DNA from: Octopus vulgaris
Taxonomy: Eukaryota
DNA: 64,000 nucleotides
Assembly (NCBI GenBank): GCA_951406725.2
Contig: OX597833.1
Location: 43,958,001 to 44,022,000, forward strand
Reading direction: 5' to 3'
In this document: piece by piece, positions 37,860-51,122 of the stretch
Layout: every line of letters starts with the position of its first letter
How positions within the stretch are numbered: the stretch's first letter is position 1
The notes under the pieces: generated by a model
The model's input: only the letters and a program-made list of their open reading frames with translations
The model's database searches: none
What the model was told of the DNA's origin: nothing
Program-made: the position numbers and the translations under genes

Positions 37860-38340
37860 AATCCGCTTCCACTTTACTATGTTGAAAATTTGATTGAAAT
37901 CGGGCCATTATTACATCATCTATCGTTATCGTTTCTGGCATTTTCTCAATAGTTTTCTTTGGCGCTTGAATGACCGTGTTTAAGGTTTGGCCTTCGCAAT
38001 GCCTACTTTCCGTCGTTGTGGCCTGGAGAACCGCTATCTCTTTCTCTTTTCCATGTAGGACTGGGGCTGCTATCCAGATCACGTCAACTTCTGGTGGGAT
38101 TCCCTCTACGCTAACTTTTAAAGCACGCCTTCTATGGTACATATATATAATAGTATCACTTCATCACTCTTTATAATGGTTGCCGCGTTCTCCTTTGTCT
38201 TTTCTGCCTCTTTAAATATCACCTCTACATTTCCATACTTGCGCCCGGTAAGATACCTTATCTCTTGTCAGATTGGCCTTAGTGCCTTCTCTATTCTGTA
38301 AGTAGTCATTATGTCTATCTTCCCAGCAGCTACTGAATGC
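37860..38340 (-). mobile_element. LINE ORF1-like remnant (Tx1/L1 type)
   Basis: RRRALKVSVEGIPPEVDVIWIAAPVL resembles the RRM-like region of Tx1-type ORF1 proteins. Degenerate. Confidence 0.4.
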
Positions 38341-39814
38341 GTCTTGTATATAATTGTACATTCTTTCCTATTTTTAACCATTTCCTCTGAGGCGGTTCAA
38401 TTCCACACTGAATCCTTCGTGACTCATCATTGTCATGTAATTTCTTCATTTTTCCAATTCGATTTGATATTCCTTACACTTTGCGATTGCTGCGAATTTT
38501 TTGTTCTCTATTATACTTTCCTCGTTCAGTTTCTCTATTGTACTCCACGAAATCTCTGATGACGACGATTGCTCCGACTGTTCCGACGAGGACAGCTCTT
38601 AGTAGCTGATATCTTCCTCTTCTGACATCTTTTCTTTTTATTCAGTCTACCTTCTTCTATGAGGAGGGAAAGCACAAATAAACTGCCGCAAGACGGCACA
38701 AACTTAAGTGTTCAAGGAACACTACAACAATTAAACAACAATATAACGCCAGAAAATAATAGAACTTTAGCTCACCAAATTTTTCTCTACTACTGACTGA
38801 CCTTGTTTCTCTATTGCCTACAAGGGCATACAGAGAGGGGACGAACAAGGACAGACTAGACAGCACAAGTGGGACAAACAACATAAACGGATGAATGAAA
38901 TGAAATTATATAAAAATGAAGATTTAATGGCTACTACTCGACCCCACTTCCGTGTTTACCATTTTAACTATATTTTACACTATTTTTTAATCCAACGTTT
39001 ATCCGAATAATTATCTTAGCAAATTGAAAGCGGTTTCAGTTTTTCGAAATCCAACACAGGAGGCAGAGGATCGTGTCTTATTTCTACCCCTAATGGGTTT
39101 ACTTCGTCCCCAGGTGTACCATTAAAAGTTTGCTTTTAATTTTTTATAGTTTTTCCTGTCAATTAAAATTCATCCCATACCTGGGTCTCTCATGTTTTCT
39201 TCTTCTATATCTCTAATTACTGCCACCATCTTCCCTATTTTTTCTTCTATGGCTGCATTCATCCAGTAGTGTGTTATAAATGCTCTGTTTTTATAATTGT
39301 TTTGTGTTTCTTGTGTGTCTGCTTGTATGCCTGCTCGTGCGTAATCACTTAGTGAATCTGTACCGTCACTACGTGAAGTGTTTGTGAGTGCTTGTGAATA
39401 ATTTATTGGTGTTACCGGTCTGTATGTACGTGGTGGTGTAAATTTGTTGGGGATTCTGGACTGTCCGGTATATATTTTCGTGTGTTAGTCGCTGTGTGGG
39501 CGTTTGTGTGTCACTCAGTTACTTTGTCTTCTTTTTTTAGCGTTCTTAGAGGGTGGGGAGTTCTTGATGTCTTTTCCTGTAGTGTTTCTTGGACTTCATC
39601 TGTATTTACCTCCTCTGTATCTTCCTTCAGCTTCTCGTTGCAACTGCTTTCCTCCTGTCTCACCCTCATTTGTGTTTGGTTATCGAGAAGGGGGCAATTT
39701 GCCTTAATATGGTCGACTTTTTCAATTTTATCAAGACATAATCCTTCCAGCCCTTTATTCACGTGGTCTAACGCCATAAACGGCACATTCCGTTTGGCCT
39801 AAAAACAGGTATTA

Positions 39815-41700
39815 ATGAGTTTCCTGGTCCATTTCTACCAGTCCAAAGCTTTTGACAAGGTTGAACATCGGTATCCGGTGCTGGTCCTCTGCTTTCGGGG
39901 TCGGCCTCGTCTTTAGAGGGTGGATCATTGCTTTATACAGTAACATTGACTCGATAGTTCGGGCGAACGGGTTCTTCTTGAAGCCTATCAACATCAAGCA
40001 CTCTGTTCATCAATGGTGTCCTCTCTCCCCACTTCTGTATGTATTGGCTCTAGAGTTCTTGCTGCGGAAGTTGGAGAGATTAAAGTGCATCCCACGAGAT
40101 CTAGGTTGCAGTGGGAAGGTTTCGGCGTATGCGAATGACATCACCATCATAGTGTCCGAAATGGTACACCTACAGAGGGCAGGCAACGCCATTAAAGGCT
40201 ATGAGGCAGGAGCAAAAGTTAACTGGAATAAGTCAGTCGGCTTGCAACTCGGCACCTGGCAAGGCAAGACGATACCTCCCAACAACATCGTAGGGCGTTG
40301 GACGGAGGGGCTGGTTAAAATGTTAGGGGTTTAGTTTGGCCAGATCTCCAGATAATGAATTGGAGCGAGGTGACGAGCAGGGTGATCCAGCTAACTCAGA
40401 CCTGGTCTCAGTGGCGGCTCTCCCTGAAAGGAAGGGCAGAGGTCGCAGTTGTGTTTATCGGTTCCGTGATTAACTACCGCCTAACCGTCGTGCCTTGCCC
40501 CCGTTCGTGGCTGATCAATTTAGAGGGGCTGCTCTTCCGTTATTTTGTGGAGTAGAAGTCCTCTTGTAAAGCGCTCTGTCTGCTGCCAGTACCCGCTAAA
40601 TGGTGGGCAAGGGATGTCTTGGCTGTTGATGCGCAGACGTGCGCTGATGCTGAGGTATCTGTGTCTCTACCTGGATAGTGAACAGGTGTTGTCTCCGTTC
40701 GGTCGGTCGTTATATCCTAAGCTTACTAGTTTGGGTGAACTAGGACCTTGGGTCAAGTGTAGACGAAAGTTGAGTGCTTGGCAAGCGAAGTGTTGTGAGG
40801 CACTCAAGCTTCTCTGTCAACGCCAGCGGTGGGGAGGGGGTTCCACCTCGTATTTTTATAGAGGGTTAGTTGAGGTCCACTGTGACGACGATGTGGGGGA
40901 AGACTCTAGGCTTCGATGATGGTCAACTAGCCTGTCTGTTCCGAAGGACATTTGGGCCAGGACCCTTGGATAACTTCCAAAGATTCCCCGCCTGGCAGTG
41001 TTACTGAGGAGCCTTACCAATTCGCGATAAACTCGCAAAGCATGGTGCACCTTGCGCACCCGCGCGCCCAAGATGCGAGCAGGACAGGGAAACTGTTCTG
41101 CACGCGATTGTACAATGACCCAAAATTTCCGAAATGTGGGTTTACCTTGAACACACGCTGACGCGGCTGGGAAGAGTACAACTGTCTTTCGAGTCGATTG
41201 TATAGATTGTTCCTGCCTCCTCTTTTAACAAAGAAGGCATGGCTCGTTTTCTCATTGTGGTCGCTATACCGAAAGAAGTAGTATGGAAGACCCACGTGAA
41301 AAGAATCGTGAGAGGCATTTTCATCTCCAGCCTTGGACTGGTTAATTTCCTCATCTACCATCTTAAGAGAAAAATTAGGGTGGAGATAAAATGCCTGTCA
41401 CCTGATTTATACGGAAAACGATGGAAGGCTGTAGCGAGTTTGTTGAGAATGAAGAATCCGCATAGTATATCCATAAGATTATACAAAAAGGTTACAATGG
41501 TTGCATGGGTTTGCGGGGTCGAAGCGAAACCCGTCCCCCATTTCATTGTATGGTTATTGTTTGGTATCATCCTATTTATATAAATTCTTAACGTAAATTT
41601 TTAACTATTCATCTATTCTAAAATCATTCGTTTTATCCACTCCTCCCTCATTTGTATCGTCCCCTCTATGTTTGGCCCCTGTGGGCAATAAAGAAATAGT
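39815..41700 (+). mobile_element. Tx1/L1-clade LINE, 5'-truncated, degenerate RT to 3' end
   Basis: QSKAFDKVEHR, SVHQWCPLSPLLYVLALE, SAYANDITI, GAKVNWNKS, WSQWRLSLKGRA, and a C-terminal CPRCEQDRETVLH zinc-knuckle-like segment. Many stops and frameshifts. Confidence 0.85.
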
Positions 41701-42508
41701 CGTTCTTGTTCTTTGAGTTGCTGTTGGTGACTGCAGGGGAATGGTGGGACAGCGTAGGGCAGGGTGGGAGTAGGGTAGAAATTCACATTTTCGCCTTGAT
41801 TTCTTCTTTTCCCTCTCTTCCGTTTCTTTGGTGCCGTATTCCATCCATGTTTCTCCTCTGCCACCTGATTATCTTCCTCCTTCTTCGGTTCCTTTTTGCT
41901 CACATATGACATCGCAAGCGGTGGAGGTGCGCTTTCTTTCGTTGGTTCCTTTGCGGCAGGTGGAGTGTATCCTGTTTTATGTGCCTTTTTGGCCGCATTT
42001 AAAGCAACAGTGAGTCATACCACTTTGCCACGTGAAACGGGGTGCACCATTTCTCTACTACTGTGTGTATAGTGTGCGCGTGTGTGTATGCATGTGTGTG
42101 TGCGTGTGCGTGCGTCCCTGCGTGGGTACGTGTGTACGTGCGTTCGTGCATGTGTATGTACGTATTTATAAAGAGAAAGTTCGCTTTTCCGTGCTGTACG
42201 GACCTTTTCACTACAATTTCCGCCATAAGGAGGACTTTATGCAAACCATGTCATATAGAGTGCATTTAAAGGATGCAGCTTCTTATATCAACTTAATGTC
42301 TCTAGAATCTTAAAAAAGAAAATATATAAATTTGGTTAATCGTAATGATATACCTGTCAAGGATAAATATAATTGTCAATATAACCGTGAGTGGATGTAC
42401 AAATTTACTGAAAGGTGTAATTTAACCAGAAATATTGTTTCATGAGACGTTAATGTACAAGAATATATAAAGGCGTTAAGGAAGATAACACAAAGAAAAT
42501 TTGTTTAC

Positions 42509-42814
42509 CTGTTTTGCTGGTGAGCTGTAGAGTGCGTGATTCACTGTATACAGAACATGAGACGCTTGAGTTACCAATATCCCCCTCTCTTATAACGAAT
42601 TTCTTAAGTGACGCTGCTGGAGATAAACACATTCCATGAGGTCGAACATCCACTTCCTTCACATTTATCCATTTGTGGTGTTTTGTCTCATGACTCCATA
42701 AAAAGTCAGTAGCGCCAAAAGGTGCACCGATGTATGCTGAACATCTGAAGATCGCTAACATGTTTACTTTAGCGGGCGGGTTAAGAAATTCAAGTTTCTT
42801 CATGTAAGATCTCA
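42509..42814 (-). CDS. Ig-array gene 3, Ig2 exon (306 nt, phase 1-1)
   Basis: Acceptor ttttcttttcag and donor G|gtaaac. Translation: VRSYMKKLEFLNPPAKVNMLAIFRCSAYIGAPFGATDFLWSHE...GMCLSPAASLKKFVIREGDIGNSSVSCSVYSESRTLQLTSKT (C..W..C Ig pattern). Confidence 0.88.
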
Positions 42815-42849
42815 CTGAAAAGAAAATAAAAGAAAAAAACGAAAAGGCG

Positions 42850-43018
42850 AAGTAGTGGCTGTGTAGTAAGTAACTTGCTAACCAACCACATGGTTCGGGG
42901 TTCAGTCCCACTGCGTGGCATCTTGGGCAAGTGTCTTCTGCTCTAGCCCCGGGCCGACCAATGCCTTGTGAGTGGATTTGGTAGACGGAAACTGAAAGAT
43001 GCCTGTCTTATATATGGA

Positions 43019-43102
<84 letters not shown>

Positions 43103-43300
43103 TCCCCCTAGCACTGCTTGACAACCAATGCTGTTGTGTTTACGTCCCCGTCACTTAGCGGTTCGGCAAAAGAGACCGATAGAATAAGTACTGGGCTTAC
43201 AAAGAATAAGTCCCGGGGTCCATTAGCTCGACTAAAGGCGGTGCTCCAGCATGGCCGCAGTCAAATGACTGAAACAAGTAAAAGAGTAAAAAGAGTAAAG
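42850..43300 (+). mobile_element. SINE family B inserted just upstream of the gene 3 Ig2 acceptor
   Basis: Consensus match to 19079-19460. A further 3' fragment lies at 43715-43850. Confidence 0.88.
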
Positions 43301-43874
43301 AGAATCGAAATATGCTTATCTTCGAACAAAGGGCCTCACAATAAAAGAATAGTTTCTCTAATGTAAACTACAATCTTCATACAAAACTAAAACATTTGAC
43401 AACACTCCAATTATTGTTAATCCTGGACTTTGGGAACTGTTGCTTGGAAGTGGTTAACTGTTTAAGCAGTGCTAAGGCTGTGTGGGGCCAAGTCACTAGC
43501 AGTAACTCCACAACAAATGAATGACACATTCATACACGTGTATATTTACTTACACATAAGCATGTATTTGTGTGCAATTATATATATTTTCATGTGTGCG
43601 TGTATGTATGTGTGTGTGTGCGCATGTATGAATATGTGGACACATATATAGATACATATATATACACATACGCAAACATATTTACATACATTCATGCATG
43701 CATATACAGACATGCACTTAGCGGTTCGGCAAAAGAGACCCATAGAATAAGTACTGGGCTTACAAAAAATAAGTTCCGGGGTCGATTTGCTCGACTAAAG
43801 GCGGTGCTCCAGCATGGCCGCTGTCAAATGACTGAAATAAGTAAAAGAGAGAAAAGAAAGAGAGGGATTTAAGG

Positions 43875-44225
43875 ACATGCTGGACGGTACCTACACCAGA
43901 ATGTTACGTGCAGTGCCCTACATTTAATGGAGGGAGCACCCAACTAAACAAAGGTTATATGGGAATGTATTAACTTTCTCATCAATCATCTAAGAGCGGA
44001 CATTGGGTTTTGCTGACCATTGCTGGAGAAGTAAAGAAGAACTTGTGAGTAACGAGTTGTTGTGGGCACCAAATCACGGTACCACAGCGACTGGACGACC
44101 ACGGAAGACATATATACAACAGCTTGCAGAAGATGTTGCATGCCAAGTTGAAGGCCTAAAAACACTAATGGAAGATCGGGAGTGATGGAGAGAGGTAGTC
44201 AGGCTGGCCTGGGCAATTGACCTGA
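43875..44225 (+). mobile_element. RTE-like LINE 3' fragment
   Basis: LDGTYTRMLRAV...GFADHCWRSKEELVSNELLWAPNHG..GRPRKTYIQQL...MEDRE.W. Confidence 0.7.
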
Positions 44226-44346
44226 CTGGATGAAACTTGTGTTCGATAGTGCAATAGAAACACGCAATAGAAATAAAAATAAAGACAATGGAGTTGAATA
44301 CGTGCAAAACAAGAAACGGAAGTAAAAATAGAACGAGTAAACTGAC

Positions 44347-44679
44347 CTCTTACAACTCTAGGTTTTGAAGATCCTTCATTTGTTGAACATTTGTAGTATG
44401 TCGCATCCTCACAAGAGGGATAACGTTTCGTGCAGGTAATCACACCTTTCTTATCTGCAGGGAATGTAGGTACAGTACAGTCAAAACCCTTTTTCTTGGT
44501 TACTACCTCAAAAATTGCTTTCTTACATTGAAAATCGATTTGAACAATAACTTCACTGTGATTTCGCACGAGAAAAAACTGAATAAGATTTTTTATAGCA
44601 TACCGACATTTTATAGTTAAGAATGTTCTGTTTGCAAAATCAATATTGCTTGAAGGTAACACATCTGCAATCTCAATAA
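44347..44679 (-). CDS. Ig-array gene 3, Ig1 exon (333 nt, phase 1-1)
   Basis: Acceptor ttcttctatacag and donor G|gtcagt. Translation: (F)IEIADVLPSSNIDFANRTFLTIKCRYAIKNL...KGFDCTV...ITCTKRYPSCEDATYYKCSTNEGSSKPRVVR. Confidence 0.88.
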
Positions 44680-45175
44680 CTGTATAGAAGAAAAAAAAAC
44701 ATAAATCAGAGATAGATGTTATAAAAAATATATAAATGTAACTATAGAAGAAGAAGAAGAAGAAGAAGAAGAAGAAGAAGAAGAAGAAGAAGAAGAAGAA
44801 GAAGAAGAAGAAGAAGAATGACTGAAGTAGGAAAAGGAGAACCAATTAAAGTAACGGTTGTTGTGAATACGGATTACATCTATCCACAAATAAAACTTTG
44901 CAGATAGTTTTTGATATTTATTATTATACTGACATACCTGTGTCGCCAAAATGCCGACAGTTTAATTAATCATAGAAAATAGTTCATCAACACAATGGGA
45001 AAAACCTGTGATAGATGTCATCAATGTGGTAAATATATGCACATGCACTCAAGTTAGGCTCTTTAAGTATTAATTACGGTTCTAACGTCTCAGTTGAAAA
45101 TATCTTGATACATATGTATTTACGGACGGACACACGGAGTTACACATACACACACACACACACACACATATATAC

Positions 45176-45255
<80 letters not shown>

Positions 45256-45320
45256 AATAATAAATATATATATAATAAATATATATATATATATATACAC
45301 ATATATATATATATATATAG

Positions 45321-46362
45321 TGTAATAAATAAAAATATATGCATATATACAAACATATATGTACGTACCGACATCTACATGTATATATACGTGCATATAT
45401 AAATATATATACGTGAGTACAGGACACCACAACTAGACGGGGAAGGTAAAGCAAAGGGAGAGAATTTTGCGTCATAATTATATCATAAAACAATACTGGG
45501 GGGAAAAAAGAGACGGAACGAAGCGAAAATTCGAAAATTCGAACGAACCACGACGCAAAGCGCTGTCAGACAATAGTGTAATAAATAAAAATATATGCAT
45601 ACATACAAACATATATGCACGTACCGACATCTACATGTATATATACATGCATATAATAATGTTTTCCTGTTTTCGTTTCGTCTCTGTTTTTTTTTTTTGT
45701 TGTAAAAAAATGGCTTGTCCGTTTTCGTCTTTCGCTGAATTCTACGTCTAGTTGTGGTGTCCTGTACTCACGTATATATATTTATATATACGTGAGTACA
45801 GGACACCAGAACAAAGGCCTTAGTTTAGTTTGTTTTCTTGTTATTTTGATATCTCGTATTGTATTTTATCTCTCGTTTTGTATTTTCTTGTACATGTATT
45901 TTTAATTTTGTATTTTTATCTTGTATTTTATTGTGCAGTTCTATTCTTACGTCCCGTTTGTGTTACATTTTTTTCGTGCTTCTTTTACCCCTCTGCGAGG
46001 TTATTTTATTTTAATTCTTTCGCAAGAAGGCCTAGTTATTGACGAGTCATATCCGGTCTTGCCTTCGAAACACGCTTGAGTCTGCTAGTGACAGCTGATG
46101 ATTGGGGATTTTTTCCTTTTGTGGTGTGTCCTGTACCTTGTTTTTCTGTTGTAAAAAATAATGTTTTCCCGTTTTCGTTTCGTCTCTGTTCTTTTTGTTG
46201 TAAAAAAATTGCTTGTCCGTTTTCCTTTTTCGTTGAGTTCTACGTCTAGTTGTGGTGTCCTGTACTCACGTATATATATTTATATATGCATGTATATATA
46301 CATGTAGATGTCGGTACGTACATATATATTTGTATGTATGCATATATTTTTATTTATTACAT
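45321..46362. repeat. Complex nested inverted and direct repeat insertion
   Basis: 45321-45438 is the reverse complement of 46243-46362; direct partial copy at 45577-45655; 45656-45780 duplicates 46158-46275; hairpin at 45755-45808. Confidence 0.85.
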
Positions 46363-46376
46363 TATATATATATATA

Positions 46377-46420
<44 letters not shown>

Positions 46421-47719
46421 CATACATTCATACATACATTCATGTATATCATATATAGAAAGAGAGAGACAGGTTTATATATAGATATAATGGTTGATAC
46501 ATCTATACATTAGTATATATGCATGCATATCTATGCATTTATTTATCGAAATATTTCTGCCTCACTCACTCTCTTTCTCTCTCTCTCTCTCACTCTCTCT
46601 CTAGGAGTCACTGTAAGACGCTTAATTCCCAGCCGTATAGCTGTGAAGCAAGTGTCTTAAAATATTAGAATTATTGTCATTTGCCTTTTCTGAACAGCCC
46701 TACAACATGATAGAATACTGCTCATAGAGACAAAATATAAAAAACTTTAAATATTTTTATCAAATAATCTTGTTGTTAAAATAATTTATTCAAAAATGGA
46801 CTTTAAAAAGCCACACTACAAAAAGTTAAGCAAAAAAATTCATTTTTTATAAAAAGTAATTTATACTAAAGAAAATAAATAGAACATTTTGTATTGATTT
46901 GTGTTGTCGTTTGTCTTTTGTTGTGTGTGCAACTAAGAAATAGTTTAGTTCATACATGTCTAGTCCCTTTAATATCACGCAAAAATTGATACAAATTTGA
47001 GAATTAAAATTAATAACTTTTTTCTAATGGATAACATCTTACGAAACCTTTACCAATATATTCCTTTAACATTTCCTTTCATATTAATATCAATATAATA
47101 ATTCTTGATCAAAATTAAAAGAATGGTGTGGATTCAAAATGCCGATGTCGGGCTTTCTTACCCGTCAGTCAACCAGTTTGGTCTATACACTTTTTCTCTT
47201 TTGTTCTACTGCACCAGATTTTAAGTATTTTATGTCTAAATGTAGCTTATCACAAGTCAAACATGATTTTAAAAAACTAAATTTGATTTGGATTAAAACT
47301 GAATTAGTGAGACTACTTGGAAGACGCCAACTGCAACAAAAAGCTACGTTAAGAATATTATTCAACTACTACCGTAGTGTACACATTAGTTTTTATGTGT
47401 ATATACAAGTTCGAAAGAACATATGATGATATATGCTACATTTTATAGGGTCTACAGGAAACATTCATATACGCAAAATTGTTCAAAATTATATATAATT
47501 ATATATAATAATTGTTCTAATTTATTTATTCGTACTAATATAAACTTTTGTCTTAGTAAATAAGAAAGTAACACAAATTTACTTGGTTTATCAGAGGAGA
47601 ATAGCATCATTAATCAATGTTTATTATATATTGATTGAAATGGTTCTTTTTCTTAGTTTGATTTATAATAATATATTTGTATATTATTTAAGTAATATTA
47701 ATACATTTTTTCGCTGGTC

Positions 47720-48590
47720 TCAATGGAGAAATTACCGATTCACTTATCTTTAAAAGACTTTCCTATTCCACCTAGAAAAGATTTCATGAAGGATCTAATT
47801 AATAAGACTTTTGAATTCATTCATAGAATCCGTTGGGTGGCTTTTTACCAAGATAAGGATTTTATAAAAGAAAATAAACCTCATAAAGAAGATACTGAAC
47901 TTTTTAAAAAGAACTTTCAGACAAAGAAATTTACACCACCAAACCTCAATTTGGAGGCTTTTGAAGACAATTTATGGAATATTGTCAAGAATATTAAATT
48001 TGTTAAATATTCCCTCTGGGAAATTGAACGTTTAAAGAAACTAAATTCTCTACTATGTGATCTTAAAAGAAAAAAATGGAATTATGGAGCAATGAAACTT
48101 ATATGATTAGGATCTATTAAAATATCATGAATAAATGAAGAAAGAGATTACTAGTCATTATAAAGTAGTAAGTAAAAAGTTTTAAGGTTCATTAACTTAG
48201 AAGCTAAGAAAATTATGAATGACAAGGACCTTGGTGATAGAACAGAGAGTTTTGTGTCTATGAGGCCTAGGAAAACTTTAAAAGATCATAAGGAAAACAA
48301 CTTTTTTAACTCTAAAGTGAGAATAATTTTCCCAGGCTGATCTGACCTGAGTACATTAAGTAAAGTTTTTCTTCATATGTGTATACGTAAGAAAAACATA
48401 TACGCAAAAATCTATTATTTTATTTGATAATAAGTCATGGGCTAGAGAAAGTAGCAATGATTTTTTGACATTACCATGGGATCTGCGGTTTCTGATCTAT
48501 ACATTCTATTTTATTTTAGTAATAAATTTCCAGATATTAAAGGTGGACTGTATAGAGATGATGTGCTGTTTTTGAATAATAGTGACACCT
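47720..48590 (+). mobile_element. Penelope-like element ORF, 5' part, degenerate
   Basis: SLKDFPIPPRKDFMKDLINKTFEFIHRIRWVAFY N-terminus, then TLKDHKENNF, ITMGS and GLYRDD (RT YxDD) remnants. Confidence 0.8.
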
Positions 48591-48945
48591 TCAGCAAGTG
48601 TCTTCTACTATAGCCTCAGGTCGAGCAAAGCCTTGTGAGTGGATTTGGTAGGCGGAAACTGAAAGAAGCCTGTCACATATATATGTATATATATGTCTAT
48701 GTCTATGTATATATGTATATATATATCTATGTGTATATGTCTGTGTTTGTCTCCCCATCACCACTTGACAACTGGTGTTGGTGTGTTTACGTCTCCGTAA
48801 CTTAGAGGGGGTTGACAAAAGAGAGCGATAGAATAAGTACCAGGCTTAAATTATAAGTAGTGGAGTCTATTCAATCGATTAAAATCTCAAAACGGTGCCC
48901 CAGCATGACTGCAGTCTAATGACTGAAGTAAGTAAAAGACAAAAG
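48590..48945 (+). mobile_element. Diverged SINE family B
   Basis: CORE-like gcaagtgtcttctactatagcc and a tail matching family B. Confidence 0.75.
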
Positions 48946-48950
48946 ATGAA

Positions 48951-49053
<103 letters not shown>

Positions 49054-51122
49054 ATGGATAGATAGATAGACATGTTTCTTTATTAGCCACACAGGGCTGC
49101 ACACAGACGGGACGGATTACAAAGTAGAGCTGTTCCTTATGGGGGGGGGGGGAAGAAAAACAGTGGGGTAGGTTTTCGATGAAAAGGGATCGTAAAAGGG
49201 AAAGAAAGAAAAATAACGATCAATAGGGATCGTGTATCACAGTAATGTCATGATGTAAAGTGTAAGGGGGAAAGTAAACAGGGTTTATCCGTGGAAAGAA
49301 AAGCCTTCGGAAAATACCCCGGTAACCTCGGTCAATAATGTTAAATGTTAACATTTATAGATAGAGGAAAGGGTAGTACAAATGTCAAAACCATACACTT
49401 CAGCCTACAAACTTTTGCTAAAATACATTCAAATATGCTTAAGTTAAATTCTTCATAATAAGGATGGATTTATGGTTTTGACATTTGTACTACCCCTTCC
49501 TCTATCTATAAATAGAAAATTCTTGTTTGTCTCCATTGAACCAAGATAAGAAACCCCCTCCTCACTGATAGATCTAAATAGCAAAGTGAACTCAGTGATA
49601 AGAAATCTACCGATGGAGAAGGACATACTACCACCACGTTCTTAATGATGAAATTAACCTCTCTGTCTATATATCTACCCTCTTTGTAATGTTGGCAAAT
49701 GAAATAAGTATAAATATGTACATTGTCCATTTAATTAAAAATAACTTTTATATGTGGCTGAAGATTGCTCGACATTTAACAACTGACGTAATACTTACAA
49801 TGTTTAATAAAATGAAGTAGCATGAAACAATTGTACTTCACTACCTTGGATATCCTTGTTGCTTATTTTGATTATAATCACCCCATTTGATTTATATGGA
49901 TAATACCATACCAATATCTGGTGCCTCAAAATTAAGTACCATATTCATCTGGATCTAAATTTTGTTGAACTTTATATATACATACATATATGTATTTGTA
50001 TCTTTATTTATTCATTTATTTATATTACCTCAACATCCAAACTTCCTCATTCTACATTGAGAGAAAGACGGGATGGACGCTTCATTTTTGTGCTGGTGCC
50101 GCATTATGTCGTACGCGACTGAGAGGATTTGCATCCCCAACGTAGAATTTTTGATGTAATACATGTCCTTGAAGTAGTAATTGTGCGCGGCTGAAGAAGG
50201 CCATAGACACACATTATGCATTGTTATAAATCCGTCTAATAAAGGCCCGAAACATATGTACCGCTGAATCCTTGGCATCATGATTTTATTTTGATTAATA
50301 TATATATATAGTAGAAATATGTTATAAAAAGAAAATATAAAATACACCTAGAAATGTAAGGGTAAAATATGAAAAATCAACGAAAATGCACATTGCAAAT
50401 AAAAAAAGGCTATTTATGACAGGTAACGACAAATATATACATTTAGATTGACTGGGGTAGTAATACGAGTCATAAAAGTCATTATTATGAGATGATTATA
50501 AGATGATAACAAAGTAAGAGAACAAAACGATCCATGGTTTACCCAAAGCTATCCATCGTTTCAAAAACACCGGCTAATATCATATATATATATATCATAT
50601 ATATATAACAGAAGAGGAAGACAGCAGGTGTATTATTTTAACGCTCGGGATGAAAGAAAAATTTTTTAAGTCTCGAGCCTATGCTTTTCGACAAAAAGGA
50701 TTAAGAGGAAAAAAAAACGGTGAGAGAATGAAGAAAACTGTGAAAGAATAAAGAAAATTGGGATTAGAAAAGGAAGTGCAGAGAAAAATTGTCCAACATG
50801 GCGAGATGACCGGAAAATAGAGGTTGAATGAAAGTGAGATAATAATAATAACGATAACGGTAATATCCAAGGATCTTAGGTGCACAAGCGCATGTGTGTT
50901 TGGGAGGACAGTGTCTGTGAATGTGTTTATGTGAATGGATGCTAGTGTGTGAGTGGGTTAGCTGAAAATTATGTTGACTTCTGTGTGTCAGTGTGTACAT
51001 TATGTGAAGTGACATGCATTCCATGTACTGGCTGGGGTGAGTGTGTGCGTACGGTTGTATCTAATTTTTGTGCTCCCAAGGGGCACGCTACTGATTATGT
51101 GAGAAATTTCAATAGTCTAAAG

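Noticed and set aside
46015-46105. ctgatga and cgaaac words suggesting another hammerhead
   Set aside because: Their order and stems do not assemble into a consistent hammerhead fold by eye.
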